Assembly: GCA_963667175.2 (NCBI GenBank)
Contig: CAXXXF010000015.1
Coordinates: 576,001 to 640,000, forward strand
DNA length: 64,000 nucleotides
Direction: 5' to 3'
DNA from: Candidatus Latescibacterota bacterium
GTDB lineage: Bacteria > Latescibacterota > UBA2968 > GCA-2709665
Positions 9,290-18,956 of this stretch are shown here, in pieces. The notes under the pieces are model-generated. The model saw only the letters and a program-made list of their open reading frames with translations, searched no databases and was not told the origin of the DNA. A program made the position numbers and the translations under genes. Position 1 is the first letter of the stretch; every line of letters begins with the position of its first letter.

Positions 9290-11632
9290 TCACTCGGTCC
9301 GCAACGCATCCACAGGGTTTGCCCACGCCGCACGAATGGCCTGGACACTCACGGTCAGCAGCACGGCCAACAGCACGATCCCCCCGCCAAGCGCAAAGGT
9401 GGAAACTTGCGGGTCGATCCGGTACGCAAAATCCCGTAACCATTGTTCCGTTGCGTAGTAGGCGACGGGGAACGCGATGAGACTCGCGATGACCACGAGC
9501 TTTACGAAATCCCTGGACAACAGGGAGACAATCCCAAACACCCTGGCGCCCAGGACCTTCCGGATCCCGATCTCCCGGGTTCGGCGCGCGACGGCGAGGG
9601 CCGTAAGCCCGAACGCTCCGAGACAGGCGATAAAGACGGCGAGCAGCGTAGCATATCCGATAATACGGCTCCAACGTTCCTCGTTCCTGTATTGCGTGTC
9701 GAGATCATCGTCGAGAAACGAATAATGAAACTCGCGTCCCGGCGCGACCTCACGCCACTTCTCTTTCAGCAACGCCAGAGTCGCGGAGACGTTCGCAGCA
9801 CGAATCCTGACAAACACATGTCGAGATGAACGCGGATTGAAGGACAATACCAGGGGTCCGATCGGCTGGTGCAGCGAGCGAAAGTGAAAGTCGTTCACAA
9901 CCCCTATCACAGTGTAATCCCGGTTGATCCTGCGGAGCAACCTGCCCGCGACCGGTCTCTTCCATCCCAAACGGCGGGCCAGGGACTCGTTGATGAAAAT
10001 GGACCGCGATGAACCCGCCCGCCCGGAATCGAAATCGTTCCCTTCCAGGAGCGAGACGCCCATGGTCTCCAGGAAATCATCGCCGACGCTGATGTGTTCT
10101 ACATCGATCTTTTTTTCATCATGTTCGACGATTTCAGGGCTTCTCGCCCAATTGTTCAGCGTGTGACTGGTGGTCGTTACCCCCAGGATCATATGATGTT
10201 CTGACAACTCGTTTCGGTACACCTCGTGCGTTTGTGAATCCGGCCTCAGCGGATCAAATGCAAAGATTCTCACAAGATATTCACTATCAAATCCCAGCGG
10301 TTTCGTCCTCAGGTACTCCACTTGACGAACCATCATCAGCGCACTTACAACCAGGAATATAGAAAGGGCGAACTGCAATACCACAAGCGCCCTGCCGAAA
10401 CGGTTCGACCCTCCATGTCTGATGCGGCCCTTCAGAGCTGCGGCGGCCCGAGCGTCCGACAGCACGAAGGCCGGGTAGCCGCCCGCGGCCAGTCCGACGG
10501 TCACAGCCAGCCCGATAAGAAACGCCATGCCCGCGCCATCCGCCTGATGGTGCAGGGAGAGGTCCTTGACCACAACGCTATTGAAAACCGGCAGGAAGAT
10601 CTCCGCGACGCACACCCCGGCAACCAGCGCCAAAACGCTTAGTGCCATTGATTCTCCAAGGAATTGCGTCACCAGCTGTATTCGTGTCGCTCCCGCCACC
10701 TTTCGCATCGCCACCTCCCGGTCACGAGAGAATGACCGGCCCACTGCGAGGGTAATGAAGTTGACGCACGCAATCGTCAGGACAAGAAGAGCGATACCGA
10801 GAATGATATATGAAAACGCCGGATTCCCTGCTCCCACGGGTCCAGTCTTGTCCCGGTTGAGATGCATCTCCAACAGCGGCTGCAAACCCACTGACTCGTC
10901 CCACCGTTCTCCCCATCTTGTCTTTGGTAACTTCGAAAGCCAAAGTTCGACATCTGCTGGACGCACGTGATCCGGCAGAAATACAAACGTCTGGATTGGG
11001 CTAATGGCCCATGACGATCCTCTCGGATCGGGTTTGGCGGCAAGCGGCGAAAGAAAATCGAAACGGATGCTGGAGTTTCCGGGAATGGATTTCGCGATCC
11101 CGGTGACAACGAAATCCCGTGCCACCGGCGGTCGTCCCCAAAATTCGATCGTAAGTAATTTGCCGATAGGATCTTCGTCGCCAAAATATCTCCGCGAAGC
11201 AGCCTCGGTGACGACAAGAGAGTATGGATCTTCGAACACCGACTCAGGGTCTCCTTGTATCAGAGGAAAGGAGAACACCTTCAGAATCGCCGGGTCTGCA
11301 AACTGGAAACTTGCGTCTATAGCCCGATCCTGATACTTCGCAGACCCGCCCGAGCCAACCCTGACCGTCCGAACGTCCGGAAACGCCGCTTCCAGCGCGG
11401 GCCCCAGGGGGACGGGGGTCCAGTCGCTCGCGCCCGTACGATCAACGGTATAGGCTCGATAGAGTCGATCCGCGTTCTCATGGAATGCATCGTACGTCCA
11501 TTCGTGCCGAACGTACAGGAACGTCAGAATGCAGAACGCGATCCCGATCGATAGGCCCGCCACGTTGATCAGGGAGTAGACCGTGTGGCGCATGAGATTG
11601 CGATACGCCACGATCAGGTAATTTCGGAGCAT
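9290..11632 (-). CDS. ABC transporter permease (paralog 2)
   Basis: Same duplicated MacB_PCD/FtsX architecture; ends ANPVDALRTE. Confidence 0.93.
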   Translation of the reverse strand: MLRNYLIVAYRNLMRHTVYSLINVAGLSIGIAFCILTFLYVRHEWTYDAFHENADRLYRAYTVDRTGASDWTPVPLGPALEAAFPDVRTVRVGSGGSAKYQDRAIDASFQFADPAILKVFSFPLIQGDPESVFEDPYSLVVTEAASRRYFGDEDPIGKLLTIEFWGRPPVARDFVVTGIAKSIPGNSSIRFDFLSPLAAKPDPRGSSWAISPIQTFVFLPDHVRPADVELWLSKLPKTRWGERWDESVGLQPLLEMHLNRDKTGPVGAGNPAFSYIILGIALLVLTIACVNFITLAVGRSFSRDREVAMRKVAGATRIQLVTQFLGESMALSVLALVAGVCVAEIFLPVFNSVVVKDLSLHHQADGAGMAFLIGLAVTVGLAAGGYPAFVLSDARAAAALKGRIRHGGSNRFGRALVVLQFALSIFLVVSALMMVRQVEYLRTKPLGFDSEYLVRIFAFDPLRPDSQTHEVYRNELSEHHMILGVTTTSHTLNNWARSPEIVEHDEKKIDVEHISVGDDFLETMGVSLLEGNDFDSGRAGSSRSIFINESLARRLGWKRPVAGRLLRRINRDYTVIGVVNDFHFRSLHQPIGPLVLSFNPRSSRHVFVRIRAANVSATLALLKEKWREVAPGREFHYSFLDDDLDTQYRNEERWSRIIGYATLLAVFIACLGAFGLTALAVARRTREIGIRKVLGARVFGIVSLLSRDFVKLVVIASLIAFPVAYYATEQWLRDFAYRIDPQVSTFALGGGIVLLAVLLTVSVQAIRAAWANPVDALRTE

Positions 11633-11754
11633 GGAACCGCTACCTCTAAATTGGTTATCTCATGAGTTCTCGCTGTAAGCGTTCTACGATAGGACGTCCA
11701 CGCAAAATACAGTTATATTTGGTCGCGATGCTGGCATAAGGTACAGCGTTGACG

Positions 11755-12030
11755 TCCCCCCACCGCATCAGCCGTCGCCTGCCTGTGCGCTGCACGCAGA
11801 CAGGCCGGCCCTTCGACACCCCTTCGACAAGCTCAGGGTACTGGCTCAGGAATCGGCTCGGCTTCTGCCTGCCTGCCGCCTGCCTGCGCCGCTGCGCTTC
11901 CCGCGGCAGGCAGGCGCTCCGCTTGGATCAGGCAGGCGACTCCCCCTCAAGGGGGGAGTGATTAAACCGTTGCAAGGGCGTGCGCGTTCACTTGCGCCTA
12001 TTTGGTTGCGGCTGAGCATCGCGAAGCCGT
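11755..12030 (-). repeat. Dispersed repeat (homolog of 5770-5985) loaded with nested mini-hairpin insertions
   Basis: 27-nt CCTG hairpin at 11778-11804; nested CCTTCGACA..GCTCAGG units at ~11809-11850; nested 33+36-nt CCTG elements at 11868-11936. Confidence 0.78.
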
Positions 12031-12075
12031 GGCAGGTCGTACATGTGTAAGATACCTGCGTCTTCATCCTACAGA

Positions 12076-12193
12076 AGCGACAACCGTGCCAACGGGCATT
12101 TCTATATATTTTTCAACGATTTAGACCGACATTCTCACGAAAGCGGGACAAACAAGTGTCCGTTTTCGATACACTGATGTCCGAAAATGAACA
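12076..12193 (-). promoter_or_regulatory. Sigma54 promoter module (copy 2)
   Basis: TGGCACGGTTGTCGCT at 12076-12091; boxes TGTCCGTTTTCGATACA (12157-12173) and TGTCCGAAAATGAACA (12178-12193). Confidence 0.8.
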
Positions 12194-12220
12194 GTTCTGG
12201 CAGAGCCTGGACGGCACAGC

Positions 12221-14560
12221 TCACTCGGTCCGCAACGCATCCACAGGGTTTGCCCACGCCGCACGAATGGCCCGGACACTCACGGTCAGCAGCACGGCCA
12301 ACAGCACGATCCCCCCGCCGAGCGCAAAGGTGGAAACTTGCGGGTCGATCCGGTACGCAAAATCCCGTAACCATTGTTCCGTTGCGTAGTAGGCGACGGG
12401 GAACGCGATGAGACTCGCGATGAGCACGAGCTTTACGAAATCCCTGGATAACAAGGAGACAATCCCAAACACCCTGGCGCCCAGGACCTTCCGGATCCCG
12501 ATCTCCCGGGTTCGGCGCGCGACGGCGAGGGCCGTGAGTCCGAACGCACCCAGGCATGCGATGAATACCGCGAGCAGTGCGGACAATTGTAAGACCCGAT
12601 TCAGGCGATCCTCCGTCTTGTATTGCCCATTCACTTCGTCTTCAAGAAAGGAAGTTTGAAACTCAAGGCCCGGCGCGACCTCCCGCCACTTCTCCTTCAA
12701 AAACGCCAGTGTCGCCGGGATGTTTTCAGCGCGTATTCTGACAAAAAGCATGCCCCATCCCAGCGTTGCGAGCCTCAACACAGCCGGTCCGATCCTGTGG
12801 TGTAGAGAGCGAACGTGGAAGTCCTGGACAACCCCGATCACCGCAACGTCCCGTTCTTCCACTCGCAGCTTTCTTCCCACGACCGGCGTCTTCCAACCCA
12901 AACGCCGGACCAACTCCTCGTTCACCACTATTGAAGCCCGGGAATCGGTACTCCGTGGATCGAAATCCGCGCCCTCCAGGAGGGAAAAACCCATTGTTTT
13001 CAGAAATTCATCTCCGACGTCTAACAGCTCGACATCGAATTGTTCTCCTTGATACTCAACGTTTCCGATGTACCGCGTCCTGTTGCTCAGTGCATGCGTG
13101 GTGGTCGTTATCCCCATGACCGTATGGTACCGCATCAACTCGTTCCTGTATACGTCGACATGGCCTGAATCTCTCTGCCAGAGATTCCATATCGGGATGC
13201 GCAGTACATGCTCGCTATCGAAGCCCAGCGGTTTTGTCTTTAGATACTCGAGTTGACGGACCATCAGCAGCGCACTGACAACGACACAGGCGGAAATCGC
13301 CAACTGAATAACCACAAACGCCCTTGCGAACAGGCTGGTGGCTCCGAACCTGTGCCTTCCACCTAACACCACAACCGGTTGAAACCCGGACAGAACAAAG
13401 GCCGGATAGCCACCGGCCGCCAGCCCGACGGCCGCCGAGAGTCCGACGAGAAAGGCCAGCCCGGCGCCATCCGTCTGATCGCGAAGAGCGAGGTCCATCC
13501 CAACCAGGTTGTTGAATGCCGGCAGGAGGAGTTCTGCCAGAACGACCCCGGTAATCAGGGCCATCACGCTCAACAACATCGACTCTCCCAGGAACTGCTG
13601 AGTCAGCTGCGTCCGCGATGCGCCAGACACTCTACGCATCGCGACCTCCCGGTCGCGAGAGAATGACCGGCCCACGGCAAGGGTCATGAAATTCACGCAT
13701 GCAATTACCAGCACCATTAGTGACATTCCAATAAGGACATATGCATAGACCGGATCGCTCACAGGCTTCGGTCCCCGACCGCCGCGGTTGAAATGTACCT
13801 CCAGAAGGGGCTGAAGGCCGACCTTAGTTTCCGCATCTTCACCGAACCATGTCTCTACAAGTCCCGGAAACTGCTCCTCCAGATCGACCGGCCAGACGTG
13901 TTCCGAAAGAAGCACATAGGTCGCGATATTATAATGTCTCCAATTTCGGGGTTCGCCCCTGGCGGCAAACGGCGCCAGAAAGTCGAACCGGATGCTGGAG
14001 TTTTTTGGAATGGTCTTGGCAATCCCGGTGATAACCAAATCCCGGACCACCCGCCGTAGTCCCACCAAGTCTACCGAAAGGACCTTGCCAATGGGGTCTT
14101 CATCTCCGAAGTATTTCCGCGCCGCCGCGTCGGTGATCACAAGAGAGTACGGATCCTCCAGCACGGTCGCCGGATCTCCCTTTAATAGCGGAAAAGTGAA
14201 CACTTCGAGGATCGTCGGATCGGCAAAGTAGATACTTCGCCCTAAAGACCGGTCCCCCTCTTTCACAGATGAAGCGCCCCCGCCGATTCTTACGGCGCGG
14301 ATGTCCGGAAACGCTGCCTCTAGCGCGGGCCCCAGCGGATCCGGCGTCATGCCCGACTGTCCAAATCGCGTTTCAGTATATACGCGATATATCCGATCTG
14401 CCTTATCATGAAATGCGTCAAAAGACCATTCGTGCCGGACGTACAGGAACGTCAGAATGCAGAACGCGATCCCGATCGATAGGCCCGCCACGTTGATCAG
14501 GGAGTAGACTTTGTGGCGCATGAGATTGCGGTACGCCACGATCAGGTAATTTCGGAGCAT
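12221..14560 (-). CDS. ABC transporter permease (paralog 3)
   Basis: Same architecture; last ~100 codons nearly identical in DNA to paralog 2. Confidence 0.93.
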   Translation of the reverse strand: MLRNYLIVAYRNLMRHKVYSLINVAGLSIGIAFCILTFLYVRHEWSFDAFHDKADRIYRVYTETRFGQSGMTPDPLGPALEAAFPDIRAVRIGGGASSVKEGDRSLGRSIYFADPTILEVFTFPLLKGDPATVLEDPYSLVITDAAARKYFGDEDPIGKVLSVDLVGLRRVVRDLVITGIAKTIPKNSSIRFDFLAPFAARGEPRNWRHYNIATYVLLSEHVWPVDLEEQFPGLVETWFGEDAETKVGLQPLLEVHFNRGGRGPKPVSDPVYAYVLIGMSLMVLVIACVNFMTLAVGRSFSRDREVAMRRVSGASRTQLTQQFLGESMLLSVMALITGVVLAELLLPAFNNLVGMDLALRDQTDGAGLAFLVGLSAAVGLAAGGYPAFVLSGFQPVVVLGGRHRFGATSLFARAFVVIQLAISACVVVSALLMVRQLEYLKTKPLGFDSEHVLRIPIWNLWQRDSGHVDVYRNELMRYHTVMGITTTTHALSNRTRYIGNVEYQGEQFDVELLDVGDEFLKTMGFSLLEGADFDPRSTDSRASIVVNEELVRRLGWKTPVVGRKLRVEERDVAVIGVVQDFHVRSLHHRIGPAVLRLATLGWGMLFVRIRAENIPATLAFLKEKWREVAPGLEFQTSFLEDEVNGQYKTEDRLNRVLQLSALLAVFIACLGAFGLTALAVARRTREIGIRKVLGARVFGIVSLLSRDFVKLVLIASLIAFPVAYYATEQWLRDFAYRIDPQVSTFALGGGIVLLAVLLTVSVRAIRAAWANPVDALRTE

Positions 14561-14658
14561 GGAACCTGTGCCTTTAAAGGAGGGAGTCGCGAATCAGCCT
14601 TTTCGATCCGCGCACACCCGGCTGTCGGTGCGTTCAGGAAGTGTGTGTGAAGGTAGGG

Positions 14659-14721
14659 CCTGCCTGCAGCGCCTGTCTGCGTGCGTGCACGCACAAGCAG
14701 GCAGTTCGCTGCGCAGGCAGG
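14659..14721. mobile_element. Nested CCTG mini-hairpins: 30-nt element inside a 33-nt element
   Basis: Outer CCTGCCTGCAGCG|CAGTTCGCTGCGCAGGCAGG matches 2187-2219 with one mismatch. Inner CCTGTCTGCGTGCGTGCACGCACAAGCAGG at 14672-14701. Host is GGTAGGG|CAGACATTCCTGTCTGCCC. Confidence 0.78.
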
Positions 14722-14743
14722 CAGACATTCCTGTCTGCCCTTA

Positions 14744-14815
14744 GCAGCACGTTGAAAAAGCCCATCCGGGCTACGTCCCGCCCTTGCGATCGAAATACTG
14801 CGTTTCGCGTCCTCG
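14744..14815. mobile_element. Partial copy of the GTTGAAAAAG-terminated MITE (see 59267-59428)
   Basis: GCAGCACGTTGAAAAAGCCCATCCGGGCTACGTCCCGCCCTTGCGATCGAAATAC aligns to the reverse complement of the 59428 end. Confidence 0.6.
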
Positions 14816-14941
14816 AGTCGGTGGCTTTGGCTCCGAAGGTTGAACGCTTATGTGAATATCGCTCCTTCAAGGGTTCGACTACGCTGGAATGTGGATGGTC
14901 TCCTTGAAGAACGAAGACGCGAGTCTGAACGGCTTTGCGGT

Positions 14942-17305
14942 TTATTCATACCGCAGCGCCTCCACCGGGTTCGCGCGAGCCGCCCGGACTGTCCGGACGC
15001 TCACCGTCAGCAGCACGACCGCCAGCGTCAGCACACCACCCAAGACGAACGTCCAGACACCCTGATCGATCCGGTACGCGAAATCCCGCAGCCATCGTTC
15101 CATCACCCACCACGCGACCGGCCACGCGATTGCATTGGCCACCGCCACCAGCAGTACGAACTCACGCGACAGCAGACTCACGACGTCCGTCACACTGGCG
15201 CCCGATATCTTCCGAATGCCGATCTCCTTCGTTCGCCGCGTTACGGCAAACGCCGTCAATCCAAACGCCCCCAGACACGCAACGAAAACCGCGAGCAGCG
15301 TTCCGTAACCGATGATTCGATGCAATCGCTCTTCGGTTCGGTATTGGCGATCGATGCTCTCATCGAGGAAAAAATAGTGGAAACCGGAGGACTGTGTCAC
15401 GGCTTCCCATTGATCTTTCATATACGCCAGTGTGCCGGGGATATCGTCGGGACGAACTCGAACCACCAGTCGGCTGAATGGATATTCCGGATCGCATTTC
15501 AGGAGTGCGGGGCCAATCTTGTGATGGAGAGAACGAAAATGAAAATCGTTCACCACCCCGATCACCGTCATTTCGTCGAAAAATCTCAATGTCTTCCCAA
15601 TTGGCGACCTCGGTCCCAGCCGACTGGCCAGCGTTTCATTGATGATCACGGACGCAGCAGGGGCTGTGGCAAGGTCCCGCGAATAATTCCGCCCCTCGAT
15701 CAATTCGATTTGCAGCGTTGGGATAAAATCGAAATCGACATAGAACACCTCCACGCCCTTGACGTCTGTTCCATCATGCGCCACACCGCCGCGCGACTGT
15801 TGTCTGTTATCCATCAGGTGGAACATCCCGCTCACGCCGAGAATCGCGTGATGAGATAAGAGAGCGTCCCGAAAGGTTTCAATGCCTTCTTTCCCCTGGT
15901 CCCGGAGCTTGGCGGCCTGCCAGACGCCGATGAGGTGTTCGCTGTCAAAGCCGAGGGGTTTGTTCCGCAGATGGTCGAGCTGAACGGTCGCCACCAGGGC
16001 ACAGATGACCAATGCCGCGGACGTCGAGATCTGAAAGGCCAGGAGAAACCGGCTGATCTGTCCTGCGGCGACAATTCTCAGTCGGTTGTTGAGCACATGA
16101 ATCGGCACAAAACCGGACAGGACAAAAGCCGGGTAGCTGCCAGCAGACAACCCCACGATCAAGGCCAGGCCGATCAACGGGGCCACTGCCGATCTGTCCA
16201 GATCCGCAGCCAACGAAAGCTCCTGATCCATCAGGCTGTTGAACAACGGCATCAGCACTTCTGCCAGTACAACGCCAACCATCAATGCGACGAGGCTCAG
16301 GAGTATCGATTCCGATAGAAATCGCGCGATGACCTGAGGTCTGCGGGCGCCAGCCACTTTGCGTATGCCTACTTCTCGCGCCCGGACTGGCGACCTTCCC
16401 AGCGCAAGGGTCGTAAAATTCACACACGCGATCAACATTATCAGAACGCCGATGCACAGCAGGATGTAACTATACGCCCGGTCGGTCGCGGGTTCGGGCG
16501 CACGTATTTCAGGACTGAAATGCACGTCGGCCAACGGCTGCAGTTTCATCTCCTGCTTCTCACCCATAATGGGCCACGACCACTTAACGAAACGCGGAAA
16601 CAGGCCTTCCAATTCCGCAAAGTCGACCGGTTCGTTCAGCAACACGTAAACGCTGGTATTGTTTGTCATATTCCATGTATTGAGCGCCTCCTCGACGTTT
16701 TCAAAAGACTGCAGACAGTCAAACTGAATGCTGGACACCGCGGGAACATCCCTGAGAATGCCAGTGATTAGCGCCTCGTGCACCTCCGAATCTCTTGTAA
16801 AGGTTATCGATTTGCCCAGCGGATCTTCTTTACCGAAGATTCTCTGAGCGGTTTTTTCTGAAATAACCATGGCGTCCTTTCGGTCCAGCGCTGTTTCCGG
16901 GTCGCCTTTCAACATCGGAAACGTAAAGACTTCCCGGAAACCCGGATCGACGTATGCGATACGGGCCCGAAGCGAACGGTCTTCATACCGGAGTGTGCGA
17001 TTCCGGGTATGGATTCTTACGACCCGCTGCATTTGTTCGGGAAACGCTTTCGCCAGGGCCGGACCGAGAGGTCCCGGCGTCGTCGCCATGGCGACACTTC
17101 CTTCGCCCACTTCACCCTTGCTGTAAACACGATATATCCGATCTGCCTTTACATGAAATGCGTCAAAAGACCATTCGCGCCGGACGTACAGGAACGTTAG
17201 AATGCAGAACGCAATCCCTATTGAAAGTCCTGTCACGTTGATCAGGGAGTAGACCTTGTGGCGCATGAGATTGCGATATGCCACGATCAGGTAATTTCGA
17301 AGCAT
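14942..17305 (-). CDS. ABC transporter permease (paralog 4)
   Basis: Same architecture; N-terminus nearly identical to paralogs 2 and 3. Confidence 0.93.
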   Translation of the reverse strand: MLRNYLIVAYRNLMRHKVYSLINVTGLSIGIAFCILTFLYVRREWSFDAFHVKADRIYRVYSKGEVGEGSVAMATTPGPLGPALAKAFPEQMQRVVRIHTRNRTLRYEDRSLRARIAYVDPGFREVFTFPMLKGDPETALDRKDAMVISEKTAQRIFGKEDPLGKSITFTRDSEVHEALITGILRDVPAVSSIQFDCLQSFENVEEALNTWNMTNNTSVYVLLNEPVDFAELEGLFPRFVKWSWPIMGEKQEMKLQPLADVHFSPEIRAPEPATDRAYSYILLCIGVLIMLIACVNFTTLALGRSPVRAREVGIRKVAGARRPQVIARFLSESILLSLVALMVGVVLAEVLMPLFNSLMDQELSLAADLDRSAVAPLIGLALIVGLSAGSYPAFVLSGFVPIHVLNNRLRIVAAGQISRFLLAFQISTSAALVICALVATVQLDHLRNKPLGFDSEHLIGVWQAAKLRDQGKEGIETFRDALLSHHAILGVSGMFHLMDNRQQSRGGVAHDGTDVKGVEVFYVDFDFIPTLQIELIEGRNYSRDLATAPAASVIINETLASRLGPRSPIGKTLRFFDEMTVIGVVNDFHFRSLHHKIGPALLKCDPEYPFSRLVVRVRPDDIPGTLAYMKDQWEAVTQSSGFHYFFLDESIDRQYRTEERLHRIIGYGTLLAVFVACLGAFGLTAFAVTRRTKEIGIRKISGASVTDVVSLLSREFVLLVAVANAIAWPVAWWVMERWLRDFAYRIDQGVWTFVLGGVLTLAVVLLTVSVRTVRAARANPVEALRYE

Positions 17306-17368
17306 GGAATCCGGGCCTCTAAATCAGTGCGTCGCGACTCATCATTGCTGAATCTGGCCGATTGCTAA

Positions 17369-17485
17369 CGCGATTATTGTGCCAATGAATCAAGTTATTA
17401 ATTAACAAATGGTTGTGAAATATGACGGTCTCTGCGGCCAACCACAAGTGTTCGATTATGATACACTAATGTCCGAAAATGAACA
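17369..17485 (-). promoter_or_regulatory. Sigma54 promoter module (copy 3) with consensus IHF site
   Basis: TGGCAC-AATAA-TCGCG (17369-17384); AATCAAGTTATTA matches WATCAANNNNTTR (17388-17400); boxes at 17449-17465 and 17470-17485. Confidence 0.8.
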
Positions 17486-17773
17486 TTCTGTTGGGCGACT
17501 CACCGTCTCGGGGACGGATATCGGACAATTGGCCGAACGCGGGCGGGCGGTTCGAGAACCGCCCCTACGTGTATCGGAAAACCGTCAAATTGGTTTCGTC
17601 CTGTAGCCCGCTGTCATTGTATCCGTAGGGGCCTGCCTGCTGAAAGGAGCAAGGCAGGTAACTCACCGGCCCTATCTCCAGGACGGGTGGCGAATATTCC
17701 TGGAACAAATCGACTCGGAAAACGATCAAATCCTTGAAACCGATATTCTTACACCAAAAAGGGGGTGGTCATC

Positions 17774-17848
17774 GTGCCACAGATCAAACGACGAAGACGC
17801 CGCCCGAGGCTCATATTCGTCAAAGGTCAAAGGCGACCGAAGGGTTAA
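17774..17848 (+). CDS. Putative 24-aa Arg/Lys-rich small protein MPQIKRRRRRPRLIFVKGQRRPKG
   Basis: GGGGGTG SD-like motif before GTG, TAA stop, terminator immediately downstream. Confidence 0.45.
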   Translation: MPQIKRRRRRPRLIFVKGQRRPKG

Positions 17849-17860
17849 TTCGTCCCATAA

Positions 17861-17898
17861 AATCACCGGTCTCGTGGAGAGGCCGGTGATTCTTTTTT
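17861..17898 (+). terminator. Intrinsic terminator
   Basis: AATCACCGGTCTC-GTGGA-GAGGCCGGTGATT followed by CTTTTTT. Confidence 0.75.
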
Positions 17899-18040
17899 CA
17901 CAATCAAGTCTCTGCCGTCTGACTTCGGTGAGACGTGAGACGGTAGAAGAAATCCTTGCCCGATATGCTCTTCCTCAATGCCTCCGGCACGAAATTTAAC
18001 CCCACGGGGCAGGCGATCTCTCACGTCTCCCGTCTAACGT

Positions 18041-18619
18041 CTACCCCTTTACGTCTCCCCGCCCGTAGGTCTCTCCCCGCCTTCGGGTGTTTCCAGTTTC
18101 CCTTTGTGTCTTTGTGTCTCCGTGTGAGTCGAAGTTCTCTCCCATGTCACCGCTTTTCAGGATGGGCCCCAGGGTGCGGCCAAGCTCACCGCACAACATC
18201 CAGATGCCCATACCGCGGCCCAGGTTCGGGCCCGAGAGCAGCCCCGCCATCGCCGGTCCGACCGCGTGAAAGGCGGCCGAGGCAAATCCGGTGACCAGCA
18301 GCAGCGCGACCAGGGACCCATAGTTCGGCGCGACACCCAGCAGGCTCATGGCAATGCCCGTTATCGCGGGTCCCAGGATTACGAGGAACCGCAGATTCGA
18401 GCGGTCCGCCCGATGCCCGATGAACGGTTGAAACACGGACGGCGCCTGTCTCGCCAGCATCAACAGACTGGCCTCGGTCTTCGACAGGGAAAGCGTTTGA
18501 ATGAAGATGGGAAGCAGCGGCGCCAGGAATCCGCTGTACGTATCATGCACGGCGTGCCCGCCGGACAGAACGACCACGTCGGCGGTCCGGAACCGTTCCT
18601 CCTGACGCTTATCGGACAT
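18041..18619 (-). pseudogene. Truncated MFS transporter (fosmidomycin-resistance-like N-terminal half)
   Basis: GHAVHDTY..FLAPLLP, QPFIGHRADR, SAAFH, GRGMGIW..GELGRTLGP. Homology ends at ~18150, where the frame runs into the CACAAAGACACAAAG repeat. Confidence 0.75.
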
Positions 18620-18956
18620 TGGATGCTCACACGGAAAAAGCGGCCCGTACTGACCACTTTTCCAATCTCTTCAATTTATAAAGCAGCAATCCACATGGGT
18701 GGACAGGATGAAACCGAAAAGCGCGAGAAAACGAGAAGACGAAAAAGCGCGAGAAAACGAGGAACGGAAGTGAATCGATTCAGCATAGCAGGTGCGTCGT
18801 CACTCCGGCCATCCTGAAATCCAGACGTTTCGCTGGCCAGCCCGATTCCGGGTTCTTGAAGGTTCTCGTTACATTCACCGCTAACGTTATTGAAAATCAA
18901 CAATGAATCGGGATAAAGTCACAAGCTCAGTACCGGTTCCTACAGCCGCGTCATGG

